64,000 nucleotides of DNA from Chloroflexia bacterium (GTDB taxonomy: Bacteria > Chloroflexota > Chloroflexia > QHBQ01 > JADMIH01), in contig JBBRDO010000006.1 of NCBI GenBank assembly GCA_038203825.1, forward strand, positions 3,760-67,759, written 5' to 3'. The notes under the pieces are model-generated. The model saw only the letters and a program-made list of their open reading frames with translations. It was not told the DNA's origin and ran no database searches. How positions within the stretch are numbered: position 1 is the stretch's first letter; every line of letters begins with the position of its first letter. Positions 54,779 through 63,878 of this stretch are shown here, piece by piece. A program made the translations under genes and the position numbers.

Positions 54779-56112
54779 AATGGCAATTCCAAATCCGGCT
54801 GGACGCTGTCTGCCAATGTCGCATAAGCAAGCTGTTCGCGACCCGAGGTTAATAGATGCTGAAGGACAGCGCCGCCACACAGGGCCAGCAAGACCAGTTC
54901 GGTGCCGACGGTAGCAATGGCCGCGCCGGTAACCCCCAGAGCAGGAATAAGAGCCAGGTTCATCGCGAGGTTCACGAACAGCGAGACCAGGGTGAAGATG
55001 GCATACAAGCGTGGCTTGTCAACGGCGATCAGTGTGTGAGTAAGTCCGTAGTTCAGATACATAGGCACGCAAGCGAACGCCAGCACCACGAGGACAGGAG
55101 CAGAGGCAAGATACGGCGCACCGTAGAGCAGCATAAGTAGTGGCGTTGCGAACAGCGCCAGGGCAAATGTAGCCAGCAGGCCGAGGCCTAACAGGGCGAG
55201 ATGGGTCTGCCTGATCACAACGCGCATCGAGGCCGGAGTGTGCGCAGCCTGCGACAACATAGGGAAGACAGCGGCCAACAGGACACCTGGTAGGATCAGG
55301 CTTGGCTCGAACAGTTTGTAAGCGACATTGTACACGGCAAGTGCCTCGGTACCCACTATGGGCGGGATTAAGAGATTGTCCAGACGAAAAGAAACGATGC
55401 TAAAGACTATGCCAATGCCGACTGCCGTTGGCTGGCCCATTGAAGCGCGCCAGTAAGCCCAGTCAGTTCGCCAAACAGGACGAACATAACGTAATAGAAG
55501 CCTGTAGCCTAGCAGCACTGCCACGGCCATCGACACGAAGCTTGCGACCGCGAGGCCCCATACTCCGGCGCCCCAGAGCAACAGTCCGACACCAAGCAGA
55601 AGGTTGAGCAACCTCGCCACGAAGCCCAACCGCGCTTCCCAACCCAACCTGCCGAACGCACGAAAACAATAGGACAGGTACTCCAGCGTCGTGCCAAGTA
55701 GCATCGCAATCCCGACCAGCAGGAGAGCGCCACGATTGCCTACGGGTTCCAGGAGCACAGCGCCAATTATTAGCAGCATGGCCAGCACGGAGAGGGCACC
55801 CTTGATCACCAGCCCGCCGCCAACCAACCGTCCCGCTAGTTGCGGATCTGTTATGAGCACATTGCCGGCGCTATCATGCTCAACGAGGCGCGAGAGCTCT
55901 CGCTGAACATAGAGTTGCAGGCCGAAGTCGGCGACCTGTGCCAGCATATACCCTATACTGAGGGCAAAGGTGAAATCACCGAAATCAGACTGTGCCAGGT
56001 TCCGCGCCGCGACCCACAGCAAAGCATACTGAAAAACCCTGCCTGCAAGGTCAGACCCCAGTTTCCAAAGCGCCCCGCGCCGACCTATTGTGCGAGCAAA
56101 ATTGGAAGTCAC
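54775..56112 (-). CDS. Oligosaccharide flippase (Wzx/MOP superfamily)
   Basis: 445 aa with about 12-14 TM helices. The N-terminus ...LGSDLAGRVFQYALLWVAARNL is typical of polysaccharide biosynthesis (Polysacc_synt) proteins. Confidence 0.8.
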   Translation of the reverse strand: MTSNFARTIGRRGALWKLGSDLAGRVFQYALLWVAARNLAQSDFGDFTFALSIGYMLAQVADFGLQLYVQRELSRLVEHDSAGNVLITDPQLAGRLVGGGLVIKGALSVLAMLLIIGAVLLEPVGNRGALLLVGIAMLLGTTLEYLSYCFRAFGRLGWEARLGFVARLLNLLLGVGLLLWGAGVWGLAVASFVSMAVAVLLGYRLLLRYVRPVWRTDWAYWRASMGQPTAVGIGIVFSIVSFRLDNLLIPPIVGTEALAVYNVAYKLFEPSLILPGVLLAAVFPMLSQAAHTPASMRVVIRQTHLALLGLGLLATFALALFATPLLMLLYGAPYLASAPVLVVLAFACVPMYLNYGLTHTLIAVDKPRLYAIFTLVSLFVNLAMNLALIPALGVTGAAIATVGTELVLLALCGGAVLQHLLTSGREQLAYATLADSVQPDLELPL

Positions 56113-56304
56113 AGTACGCTTCTATAGTACGAACCGGGTTACTCGGGCCTGCGGGACAAGTGATAAGTCAGGGGGCGACCGATGTGGCATGTCGGATGGC
56201 GTAGCACTTATCGGGCGCATGGACGCACTTTATTGAACCTGTTACTGTGAAGATTGTATCATAAAGTAGTGTATAGCTCACCACGCGATTAGGAATTCTC
56301 TCTT

Positions 56305-56910
56305 ATGAAGCAGAAGTTACCGCAAGTTTGGAATAGGCAAACGGCCCAGCGCAGTAATGAACTGCCGGCCGCCGAGGGGCTGGCCGACGACTGTGCCTTC
56401 GCGGCGAAGGTAATGGAGGGAGACACGGCAGCGCTCGCACGGCTATTGGATAGACACCAGGCGCGGGTCAACAGATACCTGCAACACAGGCTTGGAGCCG
56501 GCCACGAGCCTTTCATTCAAGACGTGATAAAGGCGACGTTCAGCGATGCGCTTCAGCACATTCGACCCTACGCGAGGGGAACAACGTCCGTACCCATGGA
56601 ATACTGGCTGATCAGGCTTGCCGAGCACAACCTTGTGAAGCTTCAGGGCATTGCGGGCAAAGCACAGGTGCCAAGTGGACCGGCTAAGGAGGAGGTCCAG
56701 CAAGAGGGCGACCTGCCGATTGTGCGGCGGGCACTTACCGTGCTGCCGGCGCAGGACTCTTTCGTGCTGGCGCTTGCGCTGTTTGAGGGGATGTCTGCAC
56801 CAGAAATAGCCGCCACTCTGGGTGTCGGCCAGGTAAGCGCACTGAAGAGGCTGAGGGCTGCCCTGGCGGCTGTTCGCAGGCATTTGCCGCGCGCGGGAGG
56901 GTCGGTCTAG
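56305..56910 (+). CDS. ECF-type sigma-70 family RNA polymerase sigma factor
   Basis: Region 2-like (LLDRHQARVNRYLQHRLG...) and region 4 HTH (LALFEGMSAPEIAATLGVGQVSALKRLRAAL). Confidence 0.8.
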   Translation: MKQKLPQVWNRQTAQRSNELPAAEGLADDCAFAAKVMEGDTAALARLLDRHQARVNRYLQHRLGAGHEPFIQDVIKATFSDALQHIRPYARGTTSVPMEYWLIRLAEHNLVKLQGIAGKAQVPSGPAKEEVQQEGDLPIVRRALTVLPAQDSFVLALALFEGMSAPEIAATLGVGQVSALKRLRAALAAVRRHLPRAGGSV

Positions 56911-56911
56911 A

Positions 56912-58108
56912 ATGGACGCCTTGCGCCGCCTGATACAACCCGAGTCCTCGGGAAACGCGAGGACAGTACGCCGCGTGCCCGCGCAGCCCGCCCTGCAGCC
57001 TGCGAGCCGCCTGCGTGGGCCGAACAAGAGACTGGCAGACGCGCTCGACCAGTTGCTGGCAGGGGTGCCTCTTAACTGGGGGCAGGTGGAGGATGACCCC
57101 GAGCTACTTACGCTGGCACGACTGCAGGTAGCAGGACAGGAGTGCAGGCTGCAGCACGTGACGGCGACAACGGCTGACGAGCGGGCCGCTTTGCTCGAAC
57201 GTTTATCTCCCACGCTTGACAAGATCAAGCGAGTGCCCGTGCCGAAAGCGGAAAAGGTGATGCCGAAGACGCTGGCGGGCTTTTCCGAGAAAGTGCAAGT
57301 GCTTACGCAGCCCGAGGAAGATATTCCGGTCAACACCAATATTCTGGCCTTGATTGTGAGGGTGGTGGCAATAGCTGCGGTTGGAGGCTTGGCGATATGG
57401 GGCATTTTCAGCCTCGTGGCGGCGACGGCTGCGCCCACATTCAGTTGGATCGAGCTGAAGAACGGGGAGACCGTGGTCAACAGGATAGACCGCTCGGGCG
57501 TCTGGCAGAGCTACCCTTGCAAAGTACGCCGGGAAGCAGAGCTGGTCTTCACCGAGTACTACCAGGGATTCACCAGCAAGCGCGACGCGGGTGATGCGCT
57601 GGACTTCATCATCCCCACGCTGCCGTCGCTTATAACCGACCCACCCACGTATACGCTGTCCCTTAACTTGATGTCGATAGCTCCGTGCGAGTTGGGCAGG
57701 ATTGTTGACGCCGACCCTGGGGCCATACTCAAGCTCGACTACGGGGTGCAACATACAATAGTGGCGACAAGTGCCCAGCCGAGCACACCAGGCAGTGGGG
57801 CAGGGGTCGGCATGGTGGCCGGGCCAATGGCTGTGTACATCGCCAAGGTCCAGCCTACTCCCCTGGACGTGAGCGTGGGAAATTGGCACGAGGTGAGGGT
57901 ATCGCCCGCAAATGGAAGAGGCGCGTTTCACGGTGTGTTCTGGCACGGCACACCATACTACGACAGGGCGGGAGTGCGCTGGGCGGGCGATGTTAGCGTG
58001 CTGATGGTGGAGCGCGGCGATATGCTTTACACCCTCATCGGCGCGCCCACCGACGGCATCACCGAGGAGTTTCTGCTATCTGTCGTCAGGAACAGCAACT
58101 GGCAGTGA
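56912..58108 (+). CDS. Putative anti-sigma factor / single-pass membrane protein
   Basis: Starts 1 nt after the sigma gene's stop codon. Central TM helix ILALIVRVVAIAAVGGLAIWGIFSLVAATAA with a large extracytoplasmic C-terminal domain. Confidence 0.6.
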   Translation: MDALRRLIQPESSGNARTVRRVPAQPALQPASRLRGPNKRLADALDQLLAGVPLNWGQVEDDPELLTLARLQVAGQECRLQHVTATTADERAALLERLSPTLDKIKRVPVPKAEKVMPKTLAGFSEKVQVLTQPEEDIPVNTNILALIVRVVAIAAVGGLAIWGIFSLVAATAAPTFSWIELKNGETVVNRIDRSGVWQSYPCKVRREAELVFTEYYQGFTSKRDAGDALDFIIPTLPSLITDPPTYTLSLNLMSIAPCELGRIVDADPGAILKLDYGVQHTIVATSAQPSTPGSGAGVGMVAGPMAVYIAKVQPTPLDVSVGNWHEVRVSPANGRGAFHGVFWHGTPYYDRAGVRWAGDVSVLMVERGDMLYTLIGAPTDGITEEFLLSVVRNSNWQ

Positions 58109-58139
58109 GGACTGATACTTGAGGGGTCAGGCGTCATGC

Positions 58140-58181
58140 GTGACAAGTGATAAGTGATAAGTGGCAGGTCAGCGGTGGACG
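58140..58181. repeat. GTG-phased heptad tract: gtgacaa gtgataa gtgataa gtggcag gtcagcg gtggacg
   Basis: Read directly. It begins 32 nt after the anti-sigma stop. Confidence 0.8.
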
Positions 58182-58191
58182 ATCCTAGAGG

Positions 58192-59949
58192 ATGCACGGG
58201 GCTGCACAGGCGCATGCGACTTTGACAGGGCCACGCCAACGGTTTACAATCGGGCCTGTGACGAGCAATAACGAAAGTGGCGCCCGGCAGGATGCCCGTA
58301 TCCCATTGTGGCCGGTGTGGGTCGTGGGGCTCCTGGTCCTGTTGGCTGCCATTCCTGCGCTGGTGCGGTTCGCGTCAACCTCGGCTTCGTGGCTTGACTA
58401 CCCTTATCCGAGAGCAGGGTCCGAAGGACTAATCCTGTACGAGACCCTTATCGTGAAGCACGGCGGCGATATCTACGCGCCAATTACGCCCGATAGGTTT
58501 ATTTCGGGTCCTTATCCGCCGGTCTACTACTGGCTGGCCTCGTCAGTGCTGCCGGACAGGTTGCCCGATTTCTCGTTGTCCGACAGCGTGACGTCGATAT
58601 TCGAGCCGGGGCGCATCATATCACTGGTCGCGACCCTCTTTGCAGTCCTTGCAGTTGGTGCGCTTGTCCTCGTATCCTTCCCGGGCAGGGACAAAGTCCA
58701 ATGGATGTGCGGGTTGGTGGGCGGTTCCGTGGCGGGTGCGGTCTTTCTGTCCATGCCACAGGTGACGGTCTGGGCTACGCGGTTCAGAGGCGACATGCTG
58801 ATGATTGCGCTGACCGCAGGAGGCCTGTTGTCTGTCGCGCTGGGTTCGGAGGGCGGGTCCCAGGGACGAAGCTGGCTCTGGAAATGGGGATGGCTCGTGG
58901 GGGCTGCCGTGCTGTTCTCAATTGCCTTTTACACCAAGCAGACTGCTCTCGCGGGGCCGATAGCCGCCGCGCTTTACCTGTTTGTCCGCGACTGGCGAGT
59001 TGCAGCAAAGTGGTGCGTGCTCATGTTCATGGCAGTATTGCTGCCTTTCGCCGCGCTGGAGATCGCGACGGGGAACTGGTTCTACCTGAAGATGGTCACG
59101 TACCACTCGCTGCCAATCCGTACTCTTACGCTGGAGCGGCTGCTGCAGTTCGCCTTCTGGGAGGACGAGTGGCCTGTAATACTGCTTGCTCTGGCGTACC
59201 TGTTGTTCGGCCTGATTGGCGTGGGTCGAAGCTGGATAGCGAGCCGTAGAGGGGCCGGGCAGCAGCCGGCACCGTCCACGGCAGCGCATACTTCGGTGAT
59301 CCCATTCTTCCTTCTGGCTGCTCTCGTAACACTGCCCACGGGCGCGGTTGTGGGCGCGGACCATAACCACCTGCTGATGCCTGGCCTTGCGGTTGCGGCG
59401 GGCGTGGGCGCGCTGGTGGCATATCTCCTTGGCAGGGTCATGGACTCTGTGGAAGAGAGGCCAGGAACGCAGGACAACGGGCAACGATGGGTTATGTATG
59501 CTGCAGGAATAGTGGCCATGCTGATGCTCGTCGGGTACTTCTTAGTTACGTCTGAGCCGTCGTCCTGGTACAACCCGGACCTGCAAAAGCCTTCTGCCCA
59601 GCAGCAGGAGCAGCTACGCAAGATCGAGGAAAACGTGCGCCAAAACCCCGGCACAGTATTCTTCGCCGACGATCCGGGCGTGCTTGCTCTGGCGGGCAAG
59701 GTCACACCCTACGATGACCCCTTCACTATGACCGCGCTCGCGCCGCAAGACAGGTGGGACGAAGCTTCCTTCCGCGACCAACTGCGCAGCGGCAAGTTTG
59801 CCCTGCTGATCCTCTCGTGCGACGTCACGGTCGAGAATGGCTGCCGGGGCGACACCTTTACTCCAGGAGTGCTCGACGCTATCCGCGCCGGCTATGATGT
59901 CCTGTTCCGCGATGTGCTGTTTACGTATGCCCCCAAGCACACTCCGTGA
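58192..59949 (+). CDS. GT-C fold polytopic membrane glycosyltransferase (ArnT/PMT, GT39-like)
   Basis: About 11 TM helices. First-loop acidic region, an FYTKQTALAG segment and a soluble C-terminal domain. Family assignment is by resemblance only, and the exact start is uncertain. Confidence 0.6.
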   Translation: MHGAAQAHATLTGPRQRFTIGPVTSNNESGARQDARIPLWPVWVVGLLVLLAAIPALVRFASTSASWLDYPYPRAGSEGLILYETLIVKHGGDIYAPITPDRFISGPYPPVYYWLASSVLPDRLPDFSLSDSVTSIFEPGRIISLVATLFAVLAVGALVLVSFPGRDKVQWMCGLVGGSVAGAVFLSMPQVTVWATRFRGDMLMIALTAGGLLSVALGSEGGSQGRSWLWKWGWLVGAAVLFSIAFYTKQTALAGPIAAALYLFVRDWRVAAKWCVLMFMAVLLPFAALEIATGNWFYLKMVTYHSLPIRTLTLERLLQFAFWEDEWPVILLALAYLLFGLIGVGRSWIASRRGAGQQPAPSTAAHTSVIPFFLLAALVTLPTGAVVGADHNHLLMPGLAVAAGVGALVAYLLGRVMDSVEERPGTQDNGQRWVMYAAGIVAMLMLVGYFLVTSEPSSWYNPDLQKPSAQQQEQLRKIEENVRQNPGTVFFADDPGVLALAGKVTPYDDPFTMTALAPQDRWDEASFRDQLRSGKFALLILSCDVTVENGCRGDTFTPGVLDAIRAGYDVLFRDVLFTYAPKHTP

Positions 59950-60073
59950 GCAGGCGTGATACGGGATTGAGCGCACGAGGCCCGTTTGGTATGACCCTTT
60001 AGGAGCCGTTCGTCTCTTGCGCAGGGAAGACCTGTCACGTACACTTACAGAGATAGACTGTAAGGGGGAAAGC

Positions 60074-61525
60074 ATGGCAGACAAGGTTAGATTACGTATT
60101 GCTCCGTCGCCTACGGGTGACCCACACGTTGGTACGGCTTATATGGCGCTCTTCAACAGGGCATTCGCCCATCACCGGGGCGGAAAGTTCGTGCTGCGTA
60201 TAGAAGATACCGACCAGACGCGATACAATCCAAGCTCGGTGCAGGAGATACTTGATAGCCTCAGGTGGCTGGGTCTGCTCCCGGATGAAGGGCCGGGCCT
60301 CGGCGGCGATTATGGGCCGTATGTGCAGACGGAGCGCCGCGACCTCTACCTTAAGAGCGCACACGAGCTTGTGGAGCGCGGCCATGCATACCGCTGCTTT
60401 TGTACAAGGGAACGACTCGAAGCATTAAGGCAGGAGCAGGCCGCCCGGAGAGAGCCCCCCCGTTACGACCGGCACTGCCGCGATCTTTCCGGCGAAGAAA
60501 TCGCGAGTAATCTTGCGGAAAGCAAGCCCTATACAATCCGGCTCAAGGTACCGGATGAGGGGCACACGACCTTCCGCGATCTGATACGGGGCGACATTAC
60601 CTTTGAGAATAAGGAGCTGCAGGACCCAATTCTGCTCAAGTCAGACGGCTTGCCTGTGTATCATCTGGCGGTGGTGGTAGATGACCACTACATGGAGATC
60701 AGCCACGTTGTGCGCGCCGAAGAGTGGATCAGCAGCACGCCGCTGCACGTCATGCTTTACAGGTTCTTTGGCTGGGACGTGCCCTTATTCGCCCACATGC
60801 CTCTGCTCAGGAATTCGGATCGCTCGAAGATTTCCAAGCGCAAGAACAATACTTCGCTGAAGTGGTATCGCGAGCAGGGGTACTTGCCCGAAGCGATGAT
60901 TAACTTTCTGGCGCTGATGGGGTGGTCGATGCCCGACGGCAGCGAGATCTTCGGCTACGCGGACGTCGAGCGCGAGTTCACGTTCGAGCGGGTCACGACG
61001 AGCGGGCCGGTGTTTGATCTGGTGAAGCTAACCAGCATCAACGGCAAGTACATCCGCGCGCTTTCGGACGACGAACTGTTCGAGAGGCTGTTGCCATACC
61101 TGCCTGAAGAGATGGATAAGGAGCGTGCGCGCAAGGTGGCGCCTGTACTGAAGGACAGGTTGACGCGCCTGGGCGAATTCGTGGAGCTAACGGGTTTCTT
61201 CTTTGGCCCAGTGCCCCAGTATCCTGCCGATCTTCTGGTCCCGAAGAAGGGTACGCCGAGCGACGCTGCCAGGGCGCTGGAGCAGGTGAAAGGGCTTCTT
61301 GAGAGCCTAAAGCAGCCCTGGACGCACGAGGACTGGGAAAGCGGAATGCGCGTAATTGCCGACAACCTGGGGCTGAAGGCGGGCGACCTGTTCATGATCC
61401 TGCGGGTGGCAGTAACAGGCAGCAAAGTCTCCCCGCCTCTTTACGAGAGCATGGAGATACTGGGGCGAGACGAAGTATTGTCCCGCGTCGACCATGCACT
61501 GGAACTGGCTCGAAAGGCAAGCTGA
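60074..61525 (+). CDS. gltX: Glutamate--tRNA ligase
   Basis: RIAPSPTGDPHVGTAY (HIGH), KISKRK (KMSKS) and a class I GluRS body. The start is ATG 60074 after AAGGGGGA. Confidence 0.95.
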   Translation: MADKVRLRIAPSPTGDPHVGTAYMALFNRAFAHHRGGKFVLRIEDTDQTRYNPSSVQEILDSLRWLGLLPDEGPGLGGDYGPYVQTERRDLYLKSAHELVERGHAYRCFCTRERLEALRQEQAARREPPRYDRHCRDLSGEEIASNLAESKPYTIRLKVPDEGHTTFRDLIRGDITFENKELQDPILLKSDGLPVYHLAVVVDDHYMEISHVVRAEEWISSTPLHVMLYRFFGWDVPLFAHMPLLRNSDRSKISKRKNNTSLKWYREQGYLPEAMINFLALMGWSMPDGSEIFGYADVEREFTFERVTTSGPVFDLVKLTSINGKYIRALSDDELFERLLPYLPEEMDKERARKVAPVLKDRLTRLGEFVELTGFFFGPVPQYPADLLVPKKGTPSDAARALEQVKGLLESLKQPWTHEDWESGMRVIADNLGLKAGDLFMILRVAVTGSKVSPPLYESMEILGRDEVLSRVDHALELARKAS

Positions 61526-61560
61526 GCGCGTGGTAGTTGTGAGGCAAGTCAGGGAGTGCC

Positions 61561-62337
61561 CTAGATTAGAGCGTTGTTCTTGAACGACTCCCACTCGCCG
61601 TCGCGAAGATGGGCCACGTAGAAGATGTGCTCAAGGAAGCGCGAATGCGCAACCAGCACTTCCTCGTCTGTCTTGAGCTGGGAGTATGCGCCCGCATCGA
61701 CACGGAACACGGCGCGGTTCTTGGGCTTGTCGTCGGAGAGATCGGCGTCAGTCACCAGAGGGGTGGCCTGTATGGAAATGCGCCCCGGCGCAAGGTAGCC
61801 TCCGCGACCCTTAGGTTGAAGACGAGGCAGGGGAGCACTGCGAGTCTGCACGATGCGCGAGCGATCTGCCGAGGCCGCCGCCTGTTCATCAGTTACGTGT
61901 GACGCGGCGGAGATATCCGGCCCCACGTATGAAGGCGAAACGCCTATCCATTCGCCCGCGATCCGCCCAGCTATGGAGCGCTTGTCGGCAATAGATCCGC
62001 GTGTATAGTGCATGGGGGTCATCAGGTCGCGGGCCCCCTTTAGCATAGCCCAGAGCGTATAGAGGCACAGTCCCAGGCCGAGGATGCTCGTGACGCCGCA
62101 GAAGAAACCGCCGATGGTGGCATCGCCTGTGTCGTCTGTGGGTGAGAAAGCGCGTAGTACGTTCGCGACGGAAACGAGCGTGAGAAAAGCCAGCACGAGA
62201 AACAACAAGGCTGTAGTTGCCAGGGATGTCACCAGGGGCAATCGGTAATTGACCACAGGCAATCCTGGCTGCGCCTGTCCCACAGGGAGCTTATCGCCGC
62301 GTCGCCAGAACAACCACTTGCTTCTCATAGATGCCAT
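61561..62337 (-). CDS. Hypothetical 2-TM membrane protein
   Basis: I prefer the start MASMRSK (ATG 62337), preceded by GGAGG 9 nt upstream. The ORF track's start at 62364 lies upstream of that RBS. Confidence 0.65.
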   Translation of the reverse strand: MASMRSKWLFWRRGDKLPVGQAQPGLPVVNYRLPLVTSLATTALLFLVLAFLTLVSVANVLRAFSPTDDTGDATIGGFFCGVTSILGLGLCLYTLWAMLKGARDLMTPMHYTRGSIADKRSIAGRIAGEWIGVSPSYVGPDISAASHVTDEQAAASADRSRIVQTRSAPLPRLQPKGRGGYLAPGRISIQATPLVTDADLSDDKPKNRAVFRVDAGAYSQLKTDEEVLVAHSRFLEHIFYVAHLRDGEWESFKNNALI

Positions 62338-62408
62338 TATATGATTCCTCCATGTGTGGTTCAAGAGAGGCCTGATGCCCGGTGTCCGGCAACTCGCTCA
62401 GTCCCATA

Positions 62409-62417
62409 TGCTATAAT
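62409..62417 (+). promoter_or_regulatory. Extended -10 element TGcTATAAT
   Basis: Read directly. It lies inside the ORF track's 5' extension (62382), which argues for the downstream ATG at 62448. Confidence 0.4.
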
Positions 62418-62447
62418 GTCCCGCAGTACATAGCGTTACCTGAAGCT

Positions 62448-63716
62448 ATGGAGGCGCAAGTGGGTACATGGTTCAACATTAGCATAGCTCTTGTGGTCTT
62501 TATGGGGATCGCCAGTGGGGGCATGTTCAGCCTGGTGCTGATGTCCAATCGCAAGCAGCAACTCCCTTTTACCATCGCGCTTGGTCTGGTCCTGCTGACT
62601 GCGGTGCTGGGCGCCATCGGGTCGGTTAACATACTGAACGACATAGCAGGCGGCCTCGCGAACTCGATTGTGCTGCTCATACTCTCCATAACGCTCGGTT
62701 ACGCCCTCACAACCATCTCGGTGCTGTCAGACACAAGGCGCAAGCCTAGCACCCAGGTCGGCACGGCTGCTTTGCTTATCGACCCCGATGATCGTATCGA
62801 CGTTGTTCTGCTTGCACCGGGAGAGCCTCCTGAGTACAATACGCGCCATGCCGCGAGACGGCTCGAACTGGCAGACGATGCCGTTGACGTGCCGCCTCTG
62901 TTGCTCAGGCCATTCTACATGCGCGATATCAAGAGCAAGTACCAGGCAATCGGTCCAAGCCCGTACAGAGACTCTCACATCGAACTGGCGCGAAAGGTTC
63001 AATCTCGTATCGGCAACGCGCACAGGGTGTCGGTTGCCTTCTACAGTGATGAACCTGAGCTGGCAGTTAAGCTCTCGGCTCTGGTCAAGGAGGGTGCAAG
63101 GCGGATAGTGACAGCGCACGTACGCATTACGGACCCACCCGACGCTGTTGCCTCGGGGGATCTGTACGACGGGATCAACGCTGATCTGTACGGGGTTAGC
63201 ATACGCCAAACGCAACCGATGTGGGACTCGCAGCTATTGCCCCAGATTTACGTGCGGCGCATGATCGAGGCCTTGCCCCACGCGGGCCCCGACCTGGCCG
63301 AGGTGGGACTGTTGCTCGTGGGGCGCGGGCATATTCAGTCGAGCAAGTCAGCGGCCGAGCGCTCTGCCGAAGAGGCGAACTACCTGAGGCGCGTGCGGGA
63401 CGCGATTGTGCGGCTCGGCTTTGACGAGAACAAGTCGGGGATCGGCTGGCTGAGACACGGCCCCACCGTGGCTGAGAGCCTGCGTAAGCTGGTGTCGGCG
63501 GGCTGCAAGACGGTCTACTGTATCCCCGCCTCTTTCACGGCAGATGGGCTGAACACGCTGTTTGACATCCCCGCGCAGGTGGACCCGATTGTGAAGGCCA
63601 GCAATATCAAGCTCATTTCGCTTGGCGGCTGGAACGCCGACGATCTCGCAGCCGAGGAGATCGCGGCCTACGTGCGCGCAGCCTTGCCGGTTCTCGTGGA
63701 GAGTCGAAGGTCTTAG
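62448..63716 (+). CDS. Ferrochelatase-like (class II chelatase fold) protein with an N-terminal 3-TM membrane anchor
   Basis: Two lobes. The first, VVLLAPGEPPEYN...IKSKYQAIGPSPYRDSHIELARKV...VSVAFYSDEPEL...GARRIVTAHV, resembles ferrochelatase (Y..IGG.SPL). The second is GLLLVGRGH...CKTVYCIPASFTADGLNTLFDIP. Unverified. Confidence 0.55.
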   Translation: MEAQVGTWFNISIALVVFMGIASGGMFSLVLMSNRKQQLPFTIALGLVLLTAVLGAIGSVNILNDIAGGLANSIVLLILSITLGYALTTISVLSDTRRKPSTQVGTAALLIDPDDRIDVVLLAPGEPPEYNTRHAARRLELADDAVDVPPLLLRPFYMRDIKSKYQAIGPSPYRDSHIELARKVQSRIGNAHRVSVAFYSDEPELAVKLSALVKEGARRIVTAHVRITDPPDAVASGDLYDGINADLYGVSIRQTQPMWDSQLLPQIYVRRMIEALPHAGPDLAEVGLLLVGRGHIQSSKSAAERSAEEANYLRRVRDAIVRLGFDENKSGIGWLRHGPTVAESLRKLVSAGCKTVYCIPASFTADGLNTLFDIPAQVDPIVKASNIKLISLGGWNADDLAAEEIAAYVRAALPVLVESRRS

Positions 63717-63878
63717 CTGCGCCGGCAGGACGACCGGTACCCCTCGTCCCTCATCAGAAGCGGATCCGAACTATTTCGCTGCTAAAGCGAGCCCAGCGCA
63801 ACCGCCACTCCTCCGATTCGTTCTTCTATTGCGAGCAACTCGCATAGAACAGGGCAAGATCGGAGGAGTCGCAATTCG

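Noticed and set aside
53699-54826. 375-aa plus-strand ORF rich in R, Q, H and G.
   Set aside because: It is antisense to the polytopic O-antigen-ligase-like gene. Its composition is implausible for a real protein.
56443-57480. 345-aa minus-strand ORF spanning the sigma and anti-sigma genes.
   Set aside because: It overlaps two co-oriented genes that have recognisable domains and tight spacing. It is Ser/Arg/Cys-rich antisense product.
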